DNA of 64,000 nt from an uncultured Spirochaetota bacterium (GCA_963734495.1 CAVTHK010000009.1:160001-224000), one strand, 5' to 3'; counted from the first letter of the stretch, positions 10,021-19,180 are shown. The notes: generated from the sequence alone by a model not told the origin. Made by a program: numbers and translations.

Positions 10021-11019
10021 TGCACAGCAATGCAAGGTTATCGAGCCTGGTCTCCCCGCCGTGCAGCCAGTGCTTTACGTGGTGCCCGTGCAGGAAGCTG
10101 GTGTGAGTGCACCCGGGAAAGGCGCAGCCGCGGTCCCGCAGCATCAAGGCCCGGCGGAGGGCGGGGGGAATGCTGCGGGTGCGGCGGCCGATGTTCAGAC
10201 TCTCCCCGTCCCCACCCACGGCCACCAGACCACAGTCACAGGCGACCCGCCGCAACGTCTCCGCGGAAACGCGCGTGCCATCATCCAGCGTAGCCGCCCA
10301 CTCTCCGTCCGCACCCAGCACCTCCTGCTCGAGATGAACCATGACCTGGAAGCGCTCCCCGCCGGTTCCCTTTACCGGATGGCCGGTCAGGAACGACTCG
10401 GCGAGCTCGACCGCGCCATCGGCCCGGGATGGCCAGCGCGTTTCCGAGGAAACGCCGGCGGCCTGCGCCGCCTGCTCGGGCTGCTCGGCCTGCACCTCCC
10501 GGGCGCGCTCGACGGCGCGCAGGATCAGGTCCGCCTCGTCGGGCTCCAGCACCAGCTCCAGCTTGACCATTCCCCCCGGCAACACCCGCCGATATACCGA
10601 CCGCTCCTCTGGCGCCGCCGCCGTCTCCTCAGCCGCCGCGGCCGCCGATAGCCCCGGCACATCCGCTCGAGCTGCGCCGCGGTTGCCACCAGCGCCATTT
10701 CCAGCAGCCTGCCCTCGTTCTCAGGTGTTGCCACTCGGGTGAGCGCGCGGACCTTGGCGTAGGAAAGGCTGGCCGAGCGGAATGCCTCGTCTATCGCGGG
10801 CAGCTTGCCGAGGGCGCGCGCGACCCGCACCTTCTCGCGTGCCGTCGCCGGATCCAGCCCGACTCGCCAGGCCAGCCAGTGGGCGCAGGAAACGGCGCCC
10901 TGGTCGCACCAGCCGCCGGCGTCGTCGAACTGCCTGATGCACTCGAGGAGCCTGTGAGTGGCGGCGTCGAGGTGCGCCGACAGGCTGGCGATCTCCTGAG
11001 CGAGCTGGTCTGTGGCCAT
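10020..11019 (-). pseudogene. DUF222/HNH endonuclease gene, 5' part (interrupted by RIT; extra frameshift near 10645)
   Basis: N-terminus (SCAHWLAWRVGL...AREKVRVARAL...LSYAKVRALTRVATPENE) is typical of DUF222 proteins. C-terminus has GRRTRSIPPALRRALMLRDRGCAFPGC..HGHHVKHWLHGGETRLDNLALLC. Confidence 0.9.
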
Positions 11020-11025
11020 GACTAT

Positions 11026-11054
11026 ACTATACATATGTATGGCTTAACATGCAA
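11026..11054 (-). promoter_or_regulatory. Promoter of HNH gene with overlapping palindrome
   Basis: Minus strand: TTGCAT, 17-bp spacer, TATAGT, 6 nt, then ATG (leaderless-like). Palindrome ATACATATGTAT at 11029-11040. Confidence 0.6.
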
Positions 11055-11092
11055 GCCCCAGCGCCGCGCGTAGAATCTGCACGGAGGGTCGT

Positions 11093-11449
11093 GCCGCGGA
11101 CCCGACCCGGCTTGCTTCTGCATTTTCCGCCCTGGAGGCCGGCATCGTCGTCGAAGCCCGCAAGGGCGATGCGGGCGGCCGGGAGCTCGACCTGCTCCTG
11201 CACCGCGCCGGCATCGAGCTCGTGCCCCTGACCGGTTCCCAGCGCGAGATTGCGAGCCACGCCTGGCGCCGCTTCGGCAAGGGTCGCCATCCGGCGGGCC
11301 TGAACATCGGAGACTGCTGCTCCTACGCTCTGGCGAGGAGCTCCGGCGAGCCTCTGTTGTTTACGGGCGGCGACTTCGCCCGCACCGATCTGCCCGCGGC
11401 GCGCGTACTGACAATCGGCCTCCCACTTGTCGCGTGCACCACTCTGTAA
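11093..11449 (+). pseudogene. vapC: 5'-truncated VapC (PIN) toxin
   Basis: Reads AADPTRLASAFSALEAGIVVEARKG...FGKGRHPAGLNIGDCCSYALA...PLLFTGGDF. The N-terminal xxDTSA strand is missing and there is an in-frame TAA at 11045. Confidence 0.8.
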
Positions 11450-11455
11450 TACAAT
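11427..11455 (+). promoter_or_regulatory. Putative sigma-70 promoter of TA operon
   Basis: TTGTCG, 17-bp spacer, TACAAT. A short palindrome TGTAATACA overlaps the -10. Confidence 0.55.
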
Positions 11456-11461
11456 AGTAGC

Positions 11462-11674
11462 ATGAAGGAGCATATGAGTATTACCATGGACAGGTCCACC
11501 GCTGATCGTCTACGTCGATACTCGCGTCGCGAGCGGCGGTCCGTGAGCCAGGTAATCCAGATCGCCCTCGAGCGGTTCCTGGACGAACGCGTCCCCGCGG
11601 TCGACCGGATCGTCACGACTCCGGGCAGCTTCCGTGGTCAGTTCTCGCGCGAGGAGACCTATGGCACGCGCTGA
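11462..11674 (+). CDS. Ribbon-helix-helix antitoxin
   Basis: MSITMD...LRRYSRRERRSVSQVIQIALERFL is an RHH pattern. Ends FSREETY and overlaps the PIN gene. Confidence 0.8.
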   Translation: MKEHMSITMDRSTADRLRRYSRRERRSVSQVIQIALERFLDERVPAVDRIVTTPGSFRGQFSREETYGTR

Positions 11675-12104
11675 GGGCCCAGTCCTGATCGACACGAACG
11701 TCCTGATCTACGCGACCCTCGAGAACGATCCGCGGTTCGAGCGCTCGAGGCAGCTCCTCGCTTCGCGGGACGGAGAGAAGTTCGTCTCGGTCCAGAACCT
11801 GGCCGAGATGTATCCGAACCTGACCGGTCCGAGGATGGCGAGCCCGGACACGCCCGTTGTGGCGCGGGCCAAGATCGAGTCCATCGCTGCGCTGCCGACG
11901 CTTCAGGTGCTGCCCCTGACAGGGGATGTTCAGAGCCTCGCGATGGAGCTGTGCGAGAAGCACAACCTGACCCGCCAGCGCTACTACGACGCTCAGCTCG
12001 TAGCGACGATGGTGGCGCACGGCATCAGGACGATCGTGACGGAGAACGCGCGCGATTTCGAAGATATGGAGGAAATCGAGGTCGTCGACCCGTTCCGCTC
12101 CTGA
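11661..12104 (+). CDS. PIN-domain (VapC) toxin
   Basis: VLIDTNVLIYA, QNLAE, YDAQLVATM and IVTENARDF. Confidence 0.9.
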   Translation: MARAEGPVLIDTNVLIYATLENDPRFERSRQLLASRDGEKFVSVQNLAEMYPNLTGPRMASPDTPVVARAKIESIAALPTLQVLPLTGDVQSLAMELCEKHNLTRQRYYDAQLVATMVAHGIRTIVTENARDFEDMEEIEVVDPFRS

Positions 12105-12125
12105 CGCGCGCCGCGGGCTGACGCC

Positions 12126-12964
12126 TCAGGCCTCCGGCTGGCAGGCCGGGCAGTAGATCGAAGGCCCTCCGCCGATCGCCACCCGTGCGAGCGCACCGCC
12201 GCAGGCCGGGCACGTCTTGCCGGCGAGGGGCGAGACGTAGCGGCCCGGCTTCCCGTAGAGGTCGACGAACCCGTCCTTGCCGCCGAGCCGGATGCGCTCG
12301 GAAAGCACCTTCTTCACGGCGCGCGCGACCCGCTTCCGCTCGGCGGCGTCGAGACTCGAAGCCTTGCGCTTCGGGTGCACGCGCGCCCGCCACGCGATGT
12401 CCTGGAACGAGGCGTTGCTGATCCCGACGACGAGCGCGCCTTTGCCCAGGAGCACGGCCTTGAGCATGCGCCCCTCGCCCGCGAGCCTGCGGGCGAGCTC
12501 GGCTTCGGGCAGCGCCTCGTCATCCATCGGGTCGGCCGCGCCGAGGAAGTCGCGCCGGTACATGTAGCTCTTCTCCAGCGAGTCGTCGGCGTACACCTGG
12601 ATCCCGCCCATGCCGGTCAGGCGCACGGTCAGCGCCGACTCGTCGTCAAAGACAATCTTCAGATGATAGGTTGAAGGAAGGCCGGCGCCTGCCGCATGGA
12701 ACAGCACGATGCCGCCGTACTCGGGCGCGACGATCAGGCTCGAGACGCGCCTTCGAAGCGCACGAGGATCGTGTTGCCCCGCGAGACGACTTCGTGCACC
12801 CGGCGACCGGCAAGCGCGTCAAAGGCGCTCTCGTCCTGGTTGACAAAGCCGCTCTTGCGAAGTCGCGCCGCCTCCCTCAGCTCGCACGAGGCCACGCGTC
12901 TGCCCACGATCGCTTCGCCCATCTGTCGAGCGAGAATCGAAGCTTCCGGAAGCTCGATGCTCAA
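12126..12964 (-). CDS. Fpg/Nei-family DNA glycosylase-like protein (frameshift near 12740)
   Basis: N-terminal IELPEA, an H2TH region (GISNASFQDIAWRARVHP) and a C-terminal zinc finger CPACG...CPACQ. Split across ORFs 12734..12964 and 12126..12707. Confidence 0.8.
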
Positions 12965-13003
12965 GAGGCCCTCCTCGCGGCGCGGGATCGGACCGCGCGC
13001 GGC

Positions 13004-13465
13004 TCACGCCGTCAGGTTGACGAGCCCGCCGGGGGTCCCCGCGCTCTCCTCTTCGATCTCGCGCCGCGCCTCCATGGCCATGCGGTACGCCTCGGCGGCG
13101 ATGCGCATGTCGGCGGCCGAAGGCTCGCCTGGCCCGAGCGCGGCCTGCATCAGCGCCTCGGCCTTGCGCAGCGTGGCCTGCGGGTCGCCCGGCACCGGAG
13201 TCACGTCGACCTTGACCGACCCGCCGACCGCGTACAGGGTCCCGTCGGGCCCCATCGCGTAGATGTACTGCGGCGCGCCTTCGGCGTACGGGCCGGCGAT
13301 CGCTATGTGCGTCGCCTCGTGCGCCTTGACGCGCACGTCGGCGCTCGCCAGCGCCGCGCGGACCCTGTGACGAGCGGCCGAGGCGCCGAGCTCCTCCAGC
13401 AGAAAGGCCTGCTCGCGGGAGCGGCTCGATCGCAGCGGTTCGACCATTGCGGGCCCCGAGATCAC
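13004..13465 (-). CDS. SprA-related family protein (putative metalloprotease)
   Basis: VKAHEATH, GPDGTLYAVGGSV, PVPGDPQATLRKA and AALGPGEPSAADMRIAA. Confidence 0.75.
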   Translation of the reverse strand: MISGPAMVEPLRSSRSREQAFLLEELGASAARHRVRAALASADVRVKAHEATHIAIAGPYAEGAPQYIYAMGPDGTLYAVGGSVKVDVTPVPGDPQATLRKAEALMQAALGPGEPSAADMRIAAEAYRMAMEARREIEEESAGTPGGLVNLTA

Positions 13466-13622
13466 AATACGAATGGTAGGGGTGTGTCGCTCCCGGCGTC
13501 AACTTGCCCGCGGCGCGCAGCGGCGCATTCAATGGACGCTCTCAGGATGCCGTAGGTATCCTTCACTCGTCATATTCGATCACCGCTGGGGGTCATGAAT
13601 GGAAGGAGCAACCGCTCAAGTC

Positions 13623-13784
13623 ATGGCGTCCGTGCACCACATACGGTTCTTCATCTTCGACTGGTCTGTTGCCAACCTGGTCATGGGCGCCATCCTCATC
13701 GTCGTCTTCTTTGTCGGGGCCTGGATGCGGCTGCCGAAATGGATCGAGCGCGGCCGCGAGCGCCGCGAGGAGGGCAGGGGATGA
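13623..13784 (+). CDS. Small single-TM membrane protein of the cytochrome b operon
   Basis: Hydrophobic helix (NLVMGAILIVVFFVGAWMRLP). Stop overlaps the cytochrome b ATG. Confidence 0.65.
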   Translation: MASVHHIRFFIFDWSVANLVMGAILIVVFFVGAWMRLPKWIERGRERREEGRG

Positions 13785-14386
13785 GCCTGACGCAACGGAT
13801 GCAGGGGTTCGTCAAGGACAAGATGACCTTGGACGACATCCTGCCCACGAAGCTTCCCGTGTACGTGAACTCGGTGGCGTACCTGTTCGGCGTCCTCACG
13901 CTCAGCTCGCTCGTGATGCTCATCCTCACGGGCCTCATCCTGTCCATCTTCGGTCCGAGCTGGTACCACGTGTCCCCGACCGGCCGGTTCTTCCACTCGA
14001 TGCACTTCTGGTCCGCCCAGCTGTTCTTCGGCTTCATGGTCCTTCATCTGACCACGAAGTACTTTCTGGGCGCATTCCGGGACGGGCGGTGGAAGACGTG
14101 GATGGTCGGAGCGCTCACTCTGGGGGCAGCCATTTTCACGGGCTTCACGGGGTACCTGTCCGCCTCGAACTGGTCCTCGCAGTGGCATTCGGTCCAGGCG
14201 AAAGACGCCATGAATGCCATGGGGGTCGGCGGGTTCTTCCTTACGACCAACTACAGCCAGGTCCTGACGCTGCACGTGGCAGCCTTCCCGGCGCTGGTCG
14301 TCACCCTGGTGACCATTCACATCCTGTTCATCAGGCACGAGGGCCCGGTCAAGCCGTACCCTGCCCGAAGGGAGCGGAAGAGATGA
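13781..14386 (+). CDS. Cytochrome b/b6 N-terminal domain protein
   Basis: Four heme-ligand His: MHFWSAQLFFGFMVLHL and LHVAAFPALVVTLVTIHIL. Also RWKTWMVG and FTGYLS. Confidence 0.9.
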   Translation: MSLTQRMQGFVKDKMTLDDILPTKLPVYVNSVAYLFGVLTLSSLVMLILTGLILSIFGPSWYHVSPTGRFFHSMHFWSAQLFFGFMVLHLTTKYFLGAFRDGRWKTWMVGALTLGAAIFTGFTGYLSASNWSSQWHSVQAKDAMNAMGVGGFFLTTNYSQVLTLHVAAFPALVVTLVTIHILFIRHEGPVKPYPARRERKR

Positions 14387-15348
14387 GCAGAAGCTCGGAC
14401 GAGTACATGCGCGGCGTCCCGACAAAGCCGTATGACCTGCTCCGTGAAGGGCTCATCGCGCTGGGAATCGTGGCGGTCCTGGTCGTCGTTCTTGCCGTTG
14501 CCTTCGGATCCCCGGTCGTGCCGACGGTCCGGGGCGAGGACGTGGCAAAGAGCCAGCCTCTGGACTTCCTGAAGACGGCGACGGACTTTCTTTCCGGGGA
14601 GAGCGACCTGCAGACCTACGGGCCTCCGTACACGAAAGACACCGACAGCATGCAGAAGATCGCAGGCTTCGGCCCCTCGTCGATTCTGGGCGTCAGGGTC
14701 CCCCTCGATGCAGCCCGGGACCTGGTGATCGCGCCGCTGGAGAGGGTGGCGATCCTCAACAAGGACGTCGCGACCGCTCTGGCCGTATGGAAGGCCGCCT
14801 CCGAGGATCAGCAGAAAGCCTGGACCAAGGCGTACAGCGACGGCCTCGACAAGGCCGTGGAAGCCGACGGGCAGGTCAAGGTTCCGGCCGGCGACTATGG
14901 CCCGGTCCCCGTGCTCATGTTCGGCATGCTCGACCTCGGCCGCGCGGGGCTCCTCGAAGGGGCGCTCACCAGCAACGAGAGGCTTCCGTACACCCTGGAC
15001 AACACCAGGGCCATGCTCTTCTTCTCGGGCGACGTCGAAGCCGCCGTGGCCGAGGGGTACGACATGACGGGGCTTCAGTGGGGCATTACCCACGAGGTAG
15101 GGAACCTGCCGGGCCCCTGGTGGCTCTGGCCCTACGCGATCTGGTACCAGATACCGCCGCTGTCGACGTCGCCGAATGCCGACGCCATCGTGGGGACGAT
15201 GATGCTGGTGCTCTTCCTGCTCATCTTCTTCGCGCCGTTCATCCCGGTTCTCAAGCACCTGCCGAGATGGATCCCCATCTACCGGATCATCTGGCGCGAC
15301 TGGTACGCGAAGCACGAAGGCCCCGCGGGACCGAAGACCGGTCCATAG
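14383..15348 (+). CDS. Membrane protein partner of cytochrome b (subunit IV-like termini with large soluble loop)
   Basis: PYDLLREGLIAL N-terminal TM, PGPWWLWPYAIWYQIPP, and C-terminal TM LFLLIFFAPFIP. ATGA overlap. Confidence 0.8.
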   Translation: MSRSSDEYMRGVPTKPYDLLREGLIALGIVAVLVVVLAVAFGSPVVPTVRGEDVAKSQPLDFLKTATDFLSGESDLQTYGPPYTKDTDSMQKIAGFGPSSILGVRVPLDAARDLVIAPLERVAILNKDVATALAVWKAASEDQQKAWTKAYSDGLDKAVEADGQVKVPAGDYGPVPVLMFGMLDLGRAGLLEGALTSNERLPYTLDNTRAMLFFSGDVEAAVAEGYDMTGLQWGITHEVGNLPGPWWLWPYAIWYQIPPLSTSPNADAIVGTMMLVLFLLIFFAPFIPVLKHLPRWIPIYRIIWRDWYAKHEGPAGPKTGP

Positions 15349-15440
15349 ACCGGCCGCACCGTTCGATGAGCTAGCGTTCGCTATTTCCGACCTCGCCGCG
15401 CTACCGCCAGACTTCGTCCGTCGGTACACGGGAGGCGGGA

Positions 15441-16178
15441 ATGGAATGTGTCCGGGTTCTTCGGCTGCAGTCCCTGCGCGGGCACGAGGCGGAAACGCTC
15501 GAGCCCGATCGCAGGCGACTGCGCGACGGTGCCCTGCTCGCGGTCAAGGCGGCAGGGCTCGCGGCTGTCGTGGTTCTGCTGGCCGCGTCGCGGATCTACG
15601 GCCCGGTGGCGTGCAGGATCATCGATCAGGACGCGGGCGTCGCGCTGCGCTATCCGCGGGGATGGCAAACGGGCATCCGCACGGGGCTCGTGGCCCAGGC
15701 GTGCGAGCTGGCCTGCGACGTTTCGCAGTGCTCGATCGACGCGCCCAGGCGCGGCTGCTGCATCGCGTTCTGGCGCCTCGCATGGAGCGATTTCGCGCCC
15801 CTCTGCCGGCGCGTGCCTGGGGGGCAGACTGTCGACGGTCCGCTCGACGGCATGCAGGCCGCGGCCGCGGTGGCGGACTACGTCGGTCTCGGCGGCGGGT
15901 TCGAAACCGTCGGCACCGTGCGGCTGGGCGGCAGGCAGGCGATCATGATCCGCGGCCGCAAGCTGCGCGGGTGGATCGCGGCCGTCGTCGCTCCGGGCCC
16001 GGACCTCGCCTTTGTTCTCTTCCATGCCCCGAACAGGCGCGCGCTTCGGGCTGCCTGGCCTACCTGGATGGCGATGGTGCACGCCGCAGAGCTGATCGGG
16101 ACCGCGGCCCGTGACGCCCTTGCGGCTGCGGCCTGGTTCGCTCATCCCGTTCGACGACGAGTAGCAAGCGAGCGCTGA
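15441..16178 (+). CDS. Hypothetical protein
   Basis: Longest plausible ORF in the gap, with an N-terminal hydrophobic segment. No recognisable motif. Confidence 0.35.
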   Translation: MECVRVLRLQSLRGHEAETLEPDRRRLRDGALLAVKAAGLAAVVVLLAASRIYGPVACRIIDQDAGVALRYPRGWQTGIRTGLVAQACELACDVSQCSIDAPRRGCCIAFWRLAWSDFAPLCRRVPGGQTVDGPLDGMQAAAAVADYVGLGGGFETVGTVRLGGRQAIMIRGRKLRGWIAAVVAPGPDLAFVLFHAPNRRALRAAWPTWMAMVHAAELIGTAARDALAAAAWFAHPVRRRVASER

Positions 16179-16273
16179 CGCCCCGGCGATTGGCAAGAAC
16201 TTGCCATACGGCGCGGACAAGCCCCGGTTCTTGTTGCAGGCGGAGATCGTGCCGCCTACAATTTGCAGTGGCT

Positions 16274-19180
16274 GTGAAAAAGTCGGAGTCGAAGGCGCCC
16301 GCGGGATCCCTGTTCGTCGGCAGGGGAGCGGAGCTTGCCCGTTTCCGCGAGCTCTGCGAAGCCGCGGGCAGCGGACAGGGAGCCATTGTCGCCATCTCGG
16401 GCGATCACGGGGTGGGCAAGACTCGTCTGGCTCGCGAAGCCGCGGCGCAGGCCGAGCGCGCGGGGGCCACGACGCTTTGGGGCCGGGGCTACGACGACGA
16501 GGGCTCGCCGCCCTACTGGCCCTGGGCCGAAATCATCACCCGTTACGCGGACCGCTGCGGCCTCAAGCACGCGCGCGAGCTCATGGGTGCGGGCGCGCAC
16601 GACATCGCCTGCCTGATTCCCGCGCTCGAGAGCCTCGGCGTCCGCGCCGCGCGAGAGCCGCCGACGCACGAGACGCGCTATCGCCTCTTCGCAGCCATGC
16701 GCGCGTTTCTACAGCTGGCCGCCCACGAGACTCCTCTCGTGATCGTGCTCGACGACCTGCACTACTGCGACCCTGACACGCTGCGGCTCCTCGAAGCGGT
16801 CGCCGTCGACCTCGAGCGCAGCCGGCTGCTGGTCGTCGGCACCTACGTCGAGCGACGCGCGGCGCGCCACCCGGTTCTGCCTGCGGTCATCGCGTCGCTT
16901 GCGAAGCTTCCCTGGTACCGGGAGGTGCCGGTCGGCAACCTCACCGAGCGAGACGTCCGCCTTCTTGTCGAATCCGAAACAGGAAAAGCCGATGCATCCC
17001 CGCTCGCCGAGTCCATCCAACGGCGCACCGAGGGCAACGCCCTCCTGGTCGTGGAAGCGGTCCGCCATCTCGCCGCCCGCGCTGCGGCCGGCGAGGAGGG
17101 CCCCTCGGAAGATCACTGGGAAGAAGGCGCCTCGCGGGGAGTGGCGATGCTGATCAGCCGGAGGCTCGCCCGCCTGGCGCCTCCCGCGTTGAAGGCTCTG
17201 CGGACGGCGGCCGTTTTGGGCCGCGAGGTCGATCTCGCGGTGCTCGCGATGACGATGCGCACCTCGGCTGCCGAGGCTCGCGACCGGCTTTCCGGGCCCG
17301 TAGACGAAGGCTTGCTCGTCGAGATCGGCAGCGACCGATACCGATTCGGCCACGAGCTCGTGCAGCGCGCGATCGCCGCGGACCTCGCGTCCGCGCAGCG
17401 CAGCGCCATCCACCTCGCCACGGGCGAGGCGCTCGAAGCGCTCCGGGCCTCGGGTCGCAGCGCCGATGCGGCGCGGCTTGCCTGGCACTTCGCCAACGCC
17501 GGGAGCGAACACGGCGGCAAGGCATCACGCTACGCGCGCGAGGCCGGCGAGCGCGCGCTGGACGCCGCCGCCTACGACACCGCGCTCCGCTATTTCGAGA
17601 GCGCCGCAGCCGACCCGGACCTTTCTCCCGTCGAGAGGGCCAGGCTCGCGATGCTGCGTGCGTGGGCCCTCTTTGCTCTCACGCGCTTTCTCGAAGTCGT
17701 CCCGTGCCTGGCTGAAGCCTTCGACTTGTACGTCTCGGCGAGCGACATCGAGCGAGCCGTCGAAGTGGCGGAGTTCGCGACGTACCCACTGATCACAGAA
17801 CGCCTGCCGCGCGAGCCGATCCTGAAGCTGCGCGAGCGGGCACTCGCGCTCGTGCCGCCCGACTCGCCGTATGCAGCCCGGCTGCTCTGCGTGCTCGGCG
17901 AAAGCCTGTCCTATGCATCTGCGGACAAGGCGAAGAGCTGCATAACCAGGTCGCTCGAGCTTGCTCGCGGTTTCGGAGACCGGCGGCTCGAAGCCCGCGC
18001 GCTCTACGCTTGGGCGTGGCTCGATTACCTCAACCTGCAACCGGCAGCCATTCTCGAAAACGGCGCGGCTGCCTTGCGGATCGCTCGCAACATCGGCGAT
18101 CGAAACCTCGAGCTCCTGTTCGGCGGCCGGCTCGCAGTGTGGAAATTGGTGTTCGGCGACAGCGCCGGCGCAGAGCAGCTCAGCCGTGAGCTGCGCGGCG
18201 CCGGGGATCTGCGCCCAAGCCCGTGGACGGTCGAGCTTCAGCAAGCCGACCGTACGCGCACCAGCCGGGCTGTCATGTGGTCGGAGTTTGGTCGCCTCAG
18301 GGCCGAAGACACGTGGGTGCCCAATATCGGATCCGTCAAGAGTTTGAGCAACCAGCCTGTTCCGCTCCCCATCTACCGGGGCCCCGCGGAGATGCTGGCC
18401 GACATAGAACAGGGCCCCCAGTACTACCTCCATCCCGATCGCCTGGCCGCCCGCGCTGCCGAAGCCGCGGAAATGAGCCGCGCACTCGACGATCTCGGCC
18501 ACCTTGCCGAGATCGAGGCTCTGGCCAGGCGCGCCCTCTCCCTCGAGCTGAGCCCGATGGGCCGGGTCTGCGCGCTCATCGGGCTTGGCTTTGTCGGCGC
18601 CCTGCGCGGCGACCTGGCCCTGCTGGCCGAAGCCTGCACGCCCGAGCTCGCCTCTGCGCCCAGCGTGTGGGTTTTTGAACGGCCGGGGCATGTGATGGAC
18701 GGCGTGGTCGGCCGCTTTCTGGACCTCCTGGACCGTCCGGAGGAGGCGCGAGCCCGCTTCGAGCGGGCGCTGGAGTTCTGCCGCCGCTGCGGCCTGGTGC
18801 GGCCGCGCTACTCGACCTGCATCGACTACGCCGCTTTCCTGCTGCGACACGGCGAGCGGCGGCGGGCGCGCGAGATGGCCGACGAAGCGCGTCCTCTCGG
18901 TGCCAGAGCTGAACATGAAAGGTTTCGACCGCCAGCTCTGCCGAAATCACGTCGCGCCTCGAAGGCGCGCTCCCCGACGGCCTCTCGCGCCCGCGAGGCC
19001 GAAGTGATCGCGCTCGCCGCCCGGGGACTTGCCACAAAGGAGATCGCGGCGGAGCTTGACATCAGCTACTTCACCGCGGTGAACCACCTGCGGCACATCT
19101 ATGCGAAGACCGGCTCCCGCTCGCGCGTCGAGCTTGCCGCCTACGCGATGCGGCACCAGCTTGCGCCGGCGCGGCCCTGA
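16274..19180 (+). CDS. AAA-ATPase/TPR/LuxR-HTH transcriptional regulator
   Basis: LFVGRGAEL, Walker A GDHGVGKT, Walker B VIVLDDLH, TEGNAL, and C-terminal HTH REAEVIALAARGLATKEIAAELDISYFTAVNHLRHIYAK. Confidence 0.9.
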   Translation: MKKSESKAPAGSLFVGRGAELARFRELCEAAGSGQGAIVAISGDHGVGKTRLAREAAAQAERAGATTLWGRGYDDEGSPPYWPWAEIITRYADRCGLKHARELMGAGAHDIACLIPALESLGVRAAREPPTHETRYRLFAAMRAFLQLAAHETPLVIVLDDLHYCDPDTLRLLEAVAVDLERSRLLVVGTYVERRAARHPVLPAVIASLAKLPWYREVPVGNLTERDVRLLVESETGKADASPLAESIQRRTEGNALLVVEAVRHLAARAAAGEEGPSEDHWEEGASRGVAMLISRRLARLAPPALKALRTAAVLGREVDLAVLAMTMRTSAAEARDRLSGPVDEGLLVEIGSDRYRFGHELVQRAIAADLASAQRSAIHLATGEALEALRASGRSADAARLAWHFANAGSEHGGKASRYAREAGERALDAAAYDTALRYFESAAADPDLSPVERARLAMLRAWALFALTRFLEVVPCLAEAFDLYVSASDIERAVEVAEFATYPLITERLPREPILKLRERALALVPPDSPYAARLLCVLGESLSYASADKAKSCITRSLELARGFGDRRLEARALYAWAWLDYLNLQPAAILENGAAALRIARNIGDRNLELLFGGRLAVWKLVFGDSAGAEQLSRELRGAGDLRPSPWTVELQQADRTRTSRAVMWSEFGRLRAEDTWVPNIGSVKSLSNQPVPLPIYRGPAEMLADIEQGPQYYLHPDRLAARAAEAAEMSRALDDLGHLAEIEALARRALSLELSPMGRVCALIGLGFVGALRGDLALLAEACTPELASAPSVWVFERPGHVMDGVVGRFLDLLDRPEEARARFERALEFCRRCGLVRPRYSTCIDYAAFLLRHGERRRAREMADEARPLGARAEHERFRPPALPKSRRASKARSPTASRAREAEVIALAARGLATKEIAAELDISYFTAVNHLRHIYAKTGSRSRVELAAYAMRHQLAPARP

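Noticed and set aside
16190-16206. Possible sigma-54 promoter TTGGCAAGAACTTGC
   Set aside because: GG-to-GC spacing is one base short of the strict requirement. Kept only as a palindrome.
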